Below, one piece after another: positions 1-10,000 of a stretch of 64,000 nucleotides of DNA. Source of the DNA: Opitutales bacterium (GTDB lineage: Bacteria > Verrucomicrobiota > Verrucomicrobiia > Opitutales > PNEW01); assembly GCA_965197745.1 (NCBI GenBank), contig CBDANS010000006.1:1280001-1344000 (forward strand), read 5' to 3'. Position 1 is the stretch's first letter. Every line of letters begins with the position of its first letter. The position numbers and the translations under genes are program-made. Below the pieces are notes generated by a model, which did not search any database, was not told where the DNA came from, and worked only from the letters and a program-made list of their open reading frames with translations.

Positions 1-752
1 TGACCAAACCAAGCACGTTTCAAGTGAGACCAAAACCCTTCTATTGAGTTGGTGTGAACATCACCGTCTACATAGCTCTCACTGTGATTGATAGTGACCC
101 TAGCCAAGAGATTATCGAGAATCTTGTATGCGGGAAATTCATCGGTAACTAAGATAGTCTCATCAGCATCGGTTGCGCTGTTAATAAAACGTAGTACACC
201 AAATCTGCTCAGATCATCGACAACTTTGGCTATAACTTTACCACCACGCTCTACCGCGCCTATAACAGGAGTTTTCTTGGTTCCCCTACCACGCTTTGGA
301 AGGTCATCATCGTCCTTACTGCGTCGTGGCTTCCCACCGATATAAGTTTCGTCCATTTCAACTACACCATTCAGGAAACGACGCTCCTTGCTTGCTATAG
401 CCGCACGAATACGCTGTTGCATATACCAGCAAGACATTTGATTTAGTTCCAGATCGCGAGCCAACTGGCAACTCGATAAGCTTTTCTTTGCATTTACCAT
501 CAACGCAATTGCAAGGAACCATTTTTGAAGCGGGACGTGAGTTCCCTGAAATACTGTCCCTGAAAGCACGTTAAAGCTGTTCTGGCAATCGTGGCAGTTC
601 CATCGGCCAACTCTCTTTTTTTCCTTCTTACGCGCTACATGATCGCTTTCACAGTGCGGACAACACGGTTTTCCTTTCCACCTGACAACCTCTAAATGGT
701 CGATGCAAGCTTGTTGAGTAGGATATTTTTTTAATACGGATATTAGGTTCAT
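1..752 (-). CDS. IS1595-family (ISXO2-like) DDE transposase, 3'-truncated by the window edge
   Basis: Manual translation from ATG 752: MNLISVLKKYPTQQACIDHLEVVRW..CPHC..CHDC (Zn ribbon), EMDETYIGG, TDEFPAY, VHTNSIEGFWSHLKRAWFG. Absent from the ORF track because no stop lies inside the window. Confidence 0.93.
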   Translation of the reverse strand, partial: MNLISVLKKYPTQQACIDHLEVVRWKGKPCCPHCESDHVARKKEKKRVGRWNCHDCQNSFNVLSGTVFQGTHVPLQKWFLAIALMVNAKKSLSSCQLARDLELNQMSCWYMQQRIRAAIASKERRFLNGVVEMDETYIGGKPRRSKDDDDLPKRGRGTKKTPVIGAVERGGKVIAKVVDDLSRFGVLRFINSATDADETILVTDEFPAYKILDNLLARVTINHSESYVDGDVHTNSIEGFWSHLKRAWFG

Positions 753-822
753 TTTATTTTCTCCTTTTATCCTAAGCTTGTGAATCTTATCCATTTTGTC
801 AAGCCCTAATCTATTAATTACC
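1..822 (-). mobile_element. IS1595-family insertion sequence, left end and transposase; right end is outside the window
   Basis: Homology to the intact ABC gene (near 4212, gaaatgtaatcggtccac) stops abruptly at 823. The minus strand then reads GGTAATTAATAGATTAGGGCTTGACA..., followed by an AAGGAG RBS and the transposase ATG at 752. Confidence 0.88.
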
Positions 823-1847
823 AAATGTAATCGGTCCACGTAGGGAAGTTGATTGCCTTCAGGGTCGACAGCCCAGAAATAGGGATTGCGCACAAAAACC
901 TGGGGTGGATTAGCTTTATAGCTGCGATAAATCCAGGGCCAAAGCCGCGGGTGTTCAGGATTGTTCCATTTTTGCAACGCCACATAGAGGCTTTTTCGCG
1001 AGGGGAGTCTTCTTTGCTCGAGGGTAGCCGCGATAAGCGCATCGTCACCCAGTGCCGGGTGGTATCTTTCAAGATAATGGCGAGGAGAACAAAAAGCCCA
1101 GGCTCTCGCTAACTTTTCCAGAAACGTTCCATGGGGCTGAGAAAATAGATACTTTACGGTGTAATCATCGATTTTAATAATCTCTCCTTGTTCCCCCCCC
1201 ACGTTCATCCAGTCCGGTGGCACATCCTCGAATAAATCATATTTAATCACATCGTTCCACCAGTAGAGAATATCGTCGGCAGTAAAGGGGTGACCGTCAG
1301 ACCACTTCAACCCTCTTCGCAGGTAAAATGTCCACTCCTTCTTATCGGGACTGGATTTCCAACCCCTGGCGATGCAAGGCACTATCGGATAACCTAAGGG
1401 AGACCAGCGAACCAGGGTGATCCCGGACAAAAAATTCCGTAAGAAATCTAATTCAGACAGAGATCCATACACCCTGAACCAGGTGCCCCCATATTTTCCG
1501 ATACTGTCCACACCCTTGAGCACCACCGGTTCTGCCCCCGTACGCTTATCAACGGGAGGCAGTTTGCCCTCATTTACCAGTTCGCTTAGTATGGGCGACT
1601 CGCCTTTGGGGTACCATGGAGCTGATTCTCCCTCCCCATAGTCGACGTCCTTCTGTATCTTGAAAAGGTCATCCTCGGTAAAACTGACGTCCCGCAATTT
1701 TTTTGTATAGCCAATCACCTCCTCACTATAGTGAAGAGGTTCTTTCTCCAGCTCCGGTTTTAAAATATCACCCCAATAATAAAGAAATCCGAATAAGAGA
1801 CAGCCGGTGAGAACAGGGTACCCCAGAAGTTTTAAACTTCTTTTCAT
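823..1847 (-). pseudogene. IS-interrupted paralog of the ABC family-5 solute-binding/permease fusion gene (N-terminal ~341 codons)
   Basis: ATG at 1847, MKRSLKLLGYPVLTGCLLFGFLYYWGDILKPELEKEPLHY...GNQLPYVDRLH, colinear with the N-terminus of 1952..5236 up to the IS junction. Confidence 0.88.
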
Positions 1848-1951
1848 GTCAATTTTTTAGTCAGGAAATACCTTAATCGGACTTCGATCAACTACCGTGC
1901 CCCGCTATCCCGTGGGCGACATCCACCATTCGGCAATCGAAAATTGTACCC

Positions 1952-4900
1952 TTATCTACTTCCTCCTTCCATCCTGATTCTTGGATCGAGCCACATGAGC
2001 AAGAGGTCACTGACCAGGGTGCCAAGGACGCCGAGCAGGCTTAGAACCATGAGCATCGATCCGGCTAAATACATATCTTCTTTCATCAGAGCCTCGAGCA
2101 TTAACGGCCCAACCGTGGGGAGACTGAGGACCATGGCGACGATCGCGCCGCCAGAGACTAATGACGGGAATATCCCCCCGATTCCGGAAATAAAAGGATT
2201 AAGCGCTAAGCGTACGGGGTATTTCATCAACAGTTTAAACGGGCGCGCGCCCTTGGCCATAGCTGTAATGACATAAGGCTTTCTCAACTCGTCAAGCAAG
2301 TTACCTCGCATCACCCGGATCATACCCGCTGTTCCCGTGACACCTAAAACGACAACGGGCACCCAGATGTGCTGCAAGAGGTCAATTATTTTCCCCCTCG
2401 TCCATTCTGGTTGGACTGCATATTCAGGAGAAAACAGGCCAGAGATATTAATGCCAAGATACTTACCGCTCCAATAAAGGAGAATTAAGGCGAGTAAGAA
2501 GCTGGGGACACTCATCCCGACAAAACCGATTAATGTAAATAAATAGTCACTCAGTGTATATTGTCGAACTGCTGAATAGATGCCAATGGGCAGAGCAACG
2601 GCCCAGGTAAAAAGAATTGTGCCTAGCGAAATAAGAAAAGTGAGAAGGATGCGATCACCGACAACTTCATTTATCGGGTTCTGATTCTCCATTGACAATC
2701 CCATATGGCCTTGCATTAAGCCCTGGTCTTTTTTTTCAAAGGAGGTAAACCAGTGAAGGCCAAGCCAGCGGGTATAACGTTCAGCGATGGATTTATCGAG
2801 ATGAAAAATCTCGCGCAGCTCTTTAGCCTCTTCAATGGAACTTCGTCCGCCTTTTAGCTGTAATTCCAATATTTTGGTCTCGATGTAATTTCCCGGAGGT
2901 AGCTGAATGATAACGAAAGAGATCACCGAGATAATGAGAAGAGTAGGAATCATGATGAGCAACCGCCTGCCGATATAAGGATGGCGCACCCCGATCATAA
3001 TCATACCGCAAATTAAAATGCCGATAAACAAGTACTTAATAAGTTTTGCCAATCGGATATCGCTTTTCAACTCGCGGGCGTCAGACACCAGGCTATAAGG
3101 AGCAGGGGTGATTTCAATCATTTCCTTTTTGATCTGAGCGATCGCGCCAGGCGAATCATAAGGCTCTTCAAAGTAAAAGGTTTCCATTCCCACATGGGAA
3201 GGCGGACTGTAGCGAGCGCCATAAAATGCGTTGTGCGGAACATTCTTAAAACCGTTTTTGACTACGACTGGATGTGGTGGAGGAGTGCTCACATTGATCG
3301 TCCAAAGATTTTCAGCTGCGATATCGAATACTTCATTGAAAATTTCGCGTTGAGCTTTATGCGAAGCTTTGCCGAAAGCTTCTTCAATGAGTTTCATCGA
3401 CAGCCGTATGGGATGATCGTTCGGTGGTGCGATTCCGCCAAATTGAGTGGCTTCGGGGTTATCGTAAAGCCCCCCTCTTAAATACCAGATCTGATAGCCG
3501 TAAGCTTGTTGTGCAGTTATAGCCATAAAATGTTCAGGTCCCACGATAGGATTGAATTCACTCTCCGCGGCATAAACGGTAAATTCAAGTTTACGCGAGC
3601 TCGTTTCAACTTGATAAAGTGAGATCGTTGGCCGACGGCGGATGGCGAGGATGCCTACACGACCCCAGTCTTCGATGATGAGCTCCGTTGGCCCCTCATC
3701 TTCCATCTGCGGCAGGGTATAATGCCAGGCCATGCGCGTTCCGTCTTTGAAGGTGCGGTAACCTTCGCCATCACGCCGCGTAAGGCCAATCTCGTCAAGC
3801 AAACGGTTTGCGCGCTCGGGGTCATACTCGGTAAAACTATTATGTAGTTTTTCATGGTGGAAAAAAGATTCCCTGCCGGGTGATAACTGCGCCGGCTCTC
3901 CCACCCGGTTGTATACTGTTTCGATAATTTGCCGGCGATTAATAGCGAGGGAAAGAGCCTGTCGGAAGCGTTTATCATTAAGAAGATCGTGCTTCATTTG
4001 GGTTACCGGATTATCGGGAACGATCAAATGGTTGAGATTAGGATAGATGAGATAACGTGAACGGGTTGCTGGAAACCAATGATAAACTTCATAATCTCCA
4101 TTATCACGTTCTGACATCAGCAAAGTGTAATGGAGATCCATGACAAAAATTTGAAAGGTAATGGCTCCACTTGCTGCGGCTATAGATATAAGCTGCTGGT
4201 TTTTTATTTCGAAATGTAATCGGTCCACATAAGGCAGTTGATTGCCCTCAGTGTCGACAGCCCAATAGTAGGGGTTGCGCACAAATACCTGGGGTGGGTT
4301 GGCTTTGTAGCTGCGATAAATCCAGGGCCAAAGCCGTGGATGTTCAGGGTTGTTCCATTTTTGCAACACCGCATATAAGCTTTTTCGCGAGGGAAGCCTT
4401 CTTTCTTCCAGGGCAGCCTCGATAAGCGTGTCATCACCAAGTTGCGGGTGGTATTTTTCAAGATAATGTCGGGGCGAGCAAAAAGCCCAGGCTCGAGCCA
4501 GGCGTTCAAGAAACGTTCCATAGGATTGAGGGAAAACGAACTTTATGGTGTGATCATCGATTTTGATTATTTCCCCATGTTTCCCACCCACGCTCATCCA
4601 GTCTGGCAGTGTACTCTCGAATAAATCAGAATTAATCTCGTAGTTCCACCAATAGAGGATATCAGCAGCGGTCAAAGGATGACCATCGGACCACTTCATG
4701 CCTCTTCGCAGGTAAAAGGTCCATTCTTTCAAGTCGGAACTGGATTCCCAACTCCTGGCTATGTGCGGCACGATCGGATAACCGAACGGAGACCAGCGAA
4801 CCAGGGTAGAACCAGATTTAAAGCCTTGTATGATATCTATTTCAGACCGAGATCCATACACCCGGAACCAGGTGCCCCCGTATTTGCCGATACCATCCAC

Positions 4901-5236
4901 CCCCTTGAGCACCACCGGTTCTGTCCCTGCACGCTCAACCACGTTTGGTAGTTTGCCTTCATTCACCAGTTCACTAAGAATGGGCGATTCACCTTTGGGA
5001 TACCATCGAGCGGATTCTCTCTCACTGTAGTCGACATCCTCTTGTATTTTGAAAAGATCATCCTCGGTAAAACTGACGTCCCGTAATTTTTTCGTATAAT
5101 CCATCACCCCCTCACTATAGTGAAGGGGTTCTTTCTCCAGATCCGGTTTTAAAATATCGCCCCAAATATAAAGAAATCCGAATAAAACACAGCCGGTAAG
5201 AACGATGTACCCAGGAAAGGCGAATTTTTTTCTCAT
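1952..5236 (-). CDS. ABC transporter, family-5 (DppA/OppA-like) solute-binding domain fused to a DppB/OppB-like permease domain
   Basis: N-terminal TM anchor; SBP5 motifs (WTFYLRRGMKWSDGHPLTAADI, GNQLPYVD, RFRQALSLAINR); C-terminal permease with an EAA-type loop (MRGNLLDELRKPYVITAMAKG) ending LDPRIR. Confidence 0.9.
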   Translation of the reverse strand: MRKKFAFPGYIVLTGCVLFGFLYIWGDILKPDLEKEPLHYSEGVMDYTKKLRDVSFTEDDLFKIQEDVDYSERESARWYPKGESPILSELVNEGKLPNVVERAGTEPVVLKGVDGIGKYGGTWFRVYGSRSEIDIIQGFKSGSTLVRWSPFGYPIVPHIARSWESSSDLKEWTFYLRRGMKWSDGHPLTAADILYWWNYEINSDLFESTLPDWMSVGGKHGEIIKIDDHTIKFVFPQSYGTFLERLARAWAFCSPRHYLEKYHPQLGDDTLIEAALEERRLPSRKSLYAVLQKWNNPEHPRLWPWIYRSYKANPPQVFVRNPYYWAVDTEGNQLPYVDRLHFEIKNQQLISIAAASGAITFQIFVMDLHYTLLMSERDNGDYEVYHWFPATRSRYLIYPNLNHLIVPDNPVTQMKHDLLNDKRFRQALSLAINRRQIIETVYNRVGEPAQLSPGRESFFHHEKLHNSFTEYDPERANRLLDEIGLTRRDGEGYRTFKDGTRMAWHYTLPQMEDEGPTELIIEDWGRVGILAIRRRPTISLYQVETSSRKLEFTVYAAESEFNPIVGPEHFMAITAQQAYGYQIWYLRGGLYDNPEATQFGGIAPPNDHPIRLSMKLIEEAFGKASHKAQREIFNEVFDIAAENLWTINVSTPPPHPVVVKNGFKNVPHNAFYGARYSPPSHVGMETFYFEEPYDSPGAIAQIKKEMIEITPAPYSLVSDARELKSDIRLAKLIKYLFIGILICGMIMIGVRHPYIGRRLLIMIPTLLIISVISFVIIQLPPGNYIETKILELQLKGGRSSIEEAKELREIFHLDKSIAERYTRWLGLHWFTSFEKKDQGLMQGHMGLSMENQNPINEVVGDRILLTFLISLGTILFTWAVALPIGIYSAVRQYTLSDYLFTLIGFVGMSVPSFLLALILLYWSGKYLGINISGLFSPEYAVQPEWTRGKIIDLLQHIWVPVVVLGVTGTAGMIRVMRGNLLDELRKPYVITAMAKGARPFKLLMKYPVRLALNPFISGIGGIFPSLVSGGAIVAMVLSLPTVGPLMLEALMKEDMYLAGSMLMVLSLLGVLGTLVSDLLLMWLDPRIRMEGGSR

Positions 5237-5387
5237 GCTATTTATTTTTTAAACCACGAATTAACGCACCAGGGCTTCAACCGTCGACCAGCAGTCGTAT
5301 GTGTAGACAACGCCTCACCTGCGGCCACACTCCACACGAATGCGAGAGTCGAGGGGCATGAATTTTACCGGTGTGTAATCGTTATCA

Positions 5388-6026
5388 TCATTCCTTAAAA
5401 TAGTGTTGAAACGCTTCTTCGTAATCGGCGGGCGTATCAATATCGGTAATTAACCCGGGATCATCGCAAGGGATAGTGGAGATAATTTCTTTGTAGTCAT
5501 TTAGGGCTTCTCTCAAGTTAGTATGACTTTTTGAAGTTATCTTCTCCACAATTTGAAATGGTAGGATAACCGGATGTCTGCGCCTGCTCTCGTATTCGGG
5601 TTGACAAATATTCTTCGGGTTTTGCCTGGAGTGAGCTATTAAATCGCAAATTGATTTTTCCCGTATTTGCGGTTGATCGCCGAGGGCGACCGCCAGATGA
5701 GATACATTGGATTGCCAACCGTCCCATTGGAATCCGCAAAGGACAGAACTGAACATTTCAGGCGTTGCCTGTGGATTTAAAATTCGATTTTTCTCCGGCC
5801 ATTCCAGGCGGTCGAGTTCGTTGATAACATTTTTATCAACACTACTGCTTACGACCGCGACTTGAGTTGCATCTACTTTTTTATACAAGCGCAAAAGATG
5901 ACCCAACATGGAGGTATCACCCCATGGCAGTAACAATTTGGGTTTCCCCATGCGAAGCGAAGCGCCTCCGGCGAGAATGATTACACCCAGGTGAAAGTTG
6001 TTCGATGGTTTAGTAATGACTTCCAG
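5388..6026 (-). CDS. mocA: MocA/MobA-like nucleotidyltransferase (probable molybdenum cofactor cytidylyltransferase); start extended to CTG 6026
   Basis: The frame upstream of the track ATG (5951) encodes the conserved GVIILAGGASLRMGKPK. LGDQP, HPV and DIDTPADY motifs are present, and it is adjacent to xdhC. The start position is inferred. Confidence 0.8.
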   Translation of the reverse strand: MEVITKPSNNFHLGVIILAGGASLRMGKPKLLLPWGDTSMLGHLLRLYKKVDATQVAVVSSSVDKNVINELDRLEWPEKNRILNPQATPEMFSSVLCGFQWDGWQSNVSHLAVALGDQPQIREKSICDLIAHSRQNPKNICQPEYESRRRHPVILPFQIVEKITSKSHTNLREALNDYKEIISTIPCDDPGLITDIDTPADYEEAFQHYFKE

Positions 6027-6082
6027 ACCAATCCTTTTACCTGATTAATCTCCGCTGGTAATAGTTACGAGCGGGTAACTGA

Positions 6083-6919
6083 TCAACTTGATTTTACTTC
6101 GGAAGGGAGATTTTTCAATCGCATATGATTGCCGGAAGCTTTGCGCTGAACTTTTAAAATCTCTCCGATCACACTCACTGCAATTTCTGCTGGCGAATCA
6201 GCGCAAATGTCGAGGCCAATGGGGGCGTAGATTCTTTCAAGGTCTGCGGGATTGGCGCCCTCTGCAACCAGTTCTTCGTGAACGCGATGAACTTTGCGAT
6301 TACTGCCAATCATCCCAATATAACCGATGCTATGATGGGGGAGTAAGGCGCGCAATGCTTCTTTATCGATCATGTAATTGCGGCTGACGATCACGATCGA
6401 ATCAGAAGGCTGCCACCTTTCTTTCCCAAATACCTCTTGTGCTGATTCTTCACTAATACGTTTATCAGCGTGAGGATAATATTGGTCACTTAACAATTCA
6501 GCGCGGTCATCAATGACCGTGACATGTAGTCCACAGTCATGGGCTAAACGTGCAATTGCCTGAGAACAGTGACCTGCGCCTACAAGGAGAAGCCGTGAGG
6601 CGAGCTTCTGCGGTTCAATCAACACCGTTAATTCGCCACCGCAAATAGCGCCGAAAGAATCCGGTTCATTTTCGCGTAGGGTATATTTTTTTAATAGGGG
6701 TTCGCCGTTTGCGTTTATAGCGTTAATCGATTCTTCGATAACCAGTGATTCAAATTTTCCTCCACCTACGGTACCGGATATTTTCCCGTCACTGTATACA
6801 ATCATTTTAGAACCCGGCTCCCTGGGCACCGATCCTTTGACAGAAGCAACGGTAACTAAAGCACAGTTTTCTCTATTTTTACGTGCTTGAAGGAATTCCT
6901 CCATGATCGACTCGGACAT
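6083..6919 (-). CDS. xdhC: XdhC/CoxI-family xanthine dehydrogenase accessory protein
   Basis: GSVPREPGSKM, GTVGGG, ICGG, VGAGH, YIGMIGS and APIGLDI..SPAEIAVS motifs. Confidence 0.9.
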   Translation of the reverse strand: MSESIMEEFLQARKNRENCALVTVASVKGSVPREPGSKMIVYSDGKISGTVGGGKFESLVIEESINAINANGEPLLKKYTLRENEPDSFGAICGGELTVLIEPQKLASRLLLVGAGHCSQAIARLAHDCGLHVTVIDDRAELLSDQYYPHADKRISEESAQEVFGKERWQPSDSIVIVSRNYMIDKEALRALLPHHSIGYIGMIGSNRKVHRVHEELVAEGANPADLERIYAPIGLDICADSPAEIAVSVIGEILKVQRKASGNHMRLKNLPSEVKSS

Positions 6920-7011
6920 ACCTTATTAGTCTTATCACCTTGGCGCGAAGGTCAAGACTGTAGCCGAGGCGTAGCTTAAGCAAATCGCTTACTAAATAGA
7001 CGAAAAGCGGT

Positions 7012-10000
7012 TTATTGCTTCTCTTGAAATTTACCCAAAAGTTTAATCAAGCGGCGGCGTTCACGCCATCCGATGAGGGTAAGAATCAAGCCACCTCCGA
7101 GGTAAGTCGAGGGCTCGGGGACAGGTACAATCTCGTCCCCTTGAAAACGCGCGTGAAAGGACTTACTCGTCCCCCACGGATTGACGAACCTTATCTGCGC
7201 TAACTGCGAGTCGGTCAGCCCCGCCGATCCAAATATGATCTGGTCGATGCCTCCCCCGTTGGTGTCTCCGGTGTAGTCCAATATTGAGAGGATCTGTCCC
7301 GAGTCCGTCCACGCCAGTTCCAGTCCGCTGCTGTCGTCAAAGTCTATAATGCTTGTTCCGATGCCTAAATCGATTGACGAATCCGAGGACAGGGTCAGCG
7401 TTCCTAACACTTCATCGAAACCGTCGGTGTCAAAGATCCCTCCATCCAATTCCATGTTCGCGGTGTCCACGATCTGGTCATCACCACTTAAGAGCAAACT
7501 GCCCCCGGTGATGATCACTGTTGCCGTGCCGTCGAGGGCATTGCCCGCTCCGTTGTTCAGTTCCAGGGTTCCCGCATTGACCGTGGTGTCTCCGCTGAAA
7601 CTGTTCGTGCCGGTTAAGGTCAAGGTGCCCGTGCCCTCTTTCATAAGGTCTCCGGTCTCCGAGATTACGCCCGCAAAAGTGGTGCTCGTGGCGTCTCCTA
7701 CAGTCAGGGTCCCCGCATCGAGGAAGACCTCGGCCGTGGCGCTGCCGCTGCTTAAGGAACCGATCGTTTCACTGAAACTGTTTACGTCGAGGCGTCCGTC
7801 AGAATCGATGGTCACTGCCGAGGTGTCAGCGATCTGTTCGCTGCTGCCGACAAAGGCAATGGCCGATCCGGTTGCCCCCACGCCGTCACCAATGACCAGG
7901 GCTCCGGGAACAGAGGTTCCACCGGATACATTCAGATTCATCGTCCCGTCGTTAATGGTCGTTGATCCGGTGTAGGTATTAGTCCCTCCCTGGAAAAACC
8001 AGGTGCTCGTGCCATCTTTTACAAAATTACCTGTTCCGCTGATCACTGAACCTGAAACCATCCCGGCTAAATCACCGGTATCAACGGTCAGTGTGCTTCC
8101 GTTCAGATCAATATCACCACTGATGGGCATGATCCCTCCCGCAGCATTGGTGATCGTGGCATTGGAGCCGAGGGTGATATCTCCGGTCCACTCATCAAAT
8201 CCTATATCGGTCCAATACAGGGCGCCTACGCCGCCCACTCCGGTGCCATTGATGGTCAACGGCTCCGCGGACATGTTCGCGGCTATACCCGATACTTCGA
8301 GGGTCGCTCCGGACTGGACTACAGTCCCACTGCCGGTGCCGCCCAGGGCACTCGGATCAGTGACCTCGAGGGTCCCCGCCTGTACCGTGGTCGTGCCTGT
8401 GTAGGTATTGACGCCACCTAAGACCAGGGTTCCCGTGCCGGTCTTGTCGAAGCTTCCCGTGCCGGCCATGATTCCCCCGTAGGTCAACGTCGTGGCGGCA
8501 TCGGTTTCGATCGTCCCTCCGCCCGCGTTTAAGGCGATTCCACGGTTGCTGTCCAGGGAGAAGGTGGCACTTGTATTTAAGGTGCCCCCGTCAAAGCTTA
8601 AGTGTCCGGCTGTGGCTGCTCCGGGGGCTGCCCCTAATCCACTGTCGGCGCTGATGCTTAAGGTGCCGCCATCGATCGTCGTCGATCCGGTGTAAGTATT
8701 GACGCCAGATAGGGTGAGCGTGCCCGTTCCGTCTTTAGTTAAATCTCCGGTCCCGGCCATGATTCCCCCATAGGTCAACGTCGTCCCGAAATCCGTGTCA
8801 ACCGTACCGTCTCCTGCATTCAAGGCGATTCCACGATTACTGTCCAGGGAGAAGGTGACACTTGTATTTAAGGTGCCCCCGTCAAAGCTTAAGTGTCCGG
8901 CTGTGGCTACACCCGGTGCGGTGCCCAGTCCGCTGTCCGCACTGATGCTCAGGGTTCCATCGTTTATCGATGTCGTGCCGGTGAAGGTATTCACTCCCGA
9001 CAATGTCAGCGTGCCCGTACCCTCTTTGACCAGATCGCCGGTCTCTGAAATTACGCCGGCAAAAGTTGTGTTTGAAGCGTCCCCTGCCGTCAAGGTGGCC
9101 GTCCCTAAGAAAACCTGAGCTGTTGCTGTAGCACCCGTTAGCGAGCCGATTGTTTCATTGTTGTCATTAAGGTCAAGGCGCCCGGTCGAATTTATCGTCA
9201 CTGCAGAGGTATCGGCGATATGGTCAGCTGATCCGAGAATCACACGATCGGCGCCCGTCGCACCCGTTCCGTCACCAATGAATAGATCACCGGTTATTTT
9301 GGTCGCGCCTGCGGTACCACCCAGTCTTAACCTGCCAGTGTTCACCGTGGCGTCACCGACGTAGTCATTGACCCCACCGCCATCAAATCTGAATGTGCCG
9401 GTGCCCTCCTTAATTAAGTTTCCCGTGCCCGTTAAAATACCTCCGTTACTCAAGCGTGCCGTGACATCGTTATCCATGGTGAGATCACTACCGTTCAAGT
9501 CAATATCCCCGGTAAAACGCATGTTACCCGCATCGACTACGATAAGTGAATCCGATCCCAAAGTTACATTGCCAGTCCATCTTTGGGTACCGGTGTCAGT
9601 CCAATGTAAAGCCCCATTGACTCCACCCACTCCGGTCCCGTTGATCGTAAGTGACTCGGCTGCCATGTTAGCGGCAATGTTTGACACTTCCAATGTGGCT
9701 CCGGACTGAACTACTGTCCCGCTTCCGGTACCGCCTAACGCATTTGTATCAGTGATATCAAGTGTCCCCGTTTGGACTGTGGTTATTCCGGTGTAAGTAT
9801 TGACGCCATCCAGAACGAGTGTTCCGCTTCCGGTTTTGTCCAAGTCACCGGCGCCAGAAATTACGCCTCCGTAAGTCAGCGTCGTTGCAGCATTGGTATC
9901 AATCGTCCCATCACCTGCATTTAGAGTAGTCCCGCGAGTGCTATCTAAAGTAAAGGTAGCAGTAGTATTAAGTGTCCCGCCGTCAAAAGTTATAGTAGAT

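Noticed and set aside
1193..1200. C8 tract as a frameshift or phase-variation site
   Set aside because: Eight Gs on the coding strand keep the frame (GTG GGG GGG GAA), and there is no evidence of variation.
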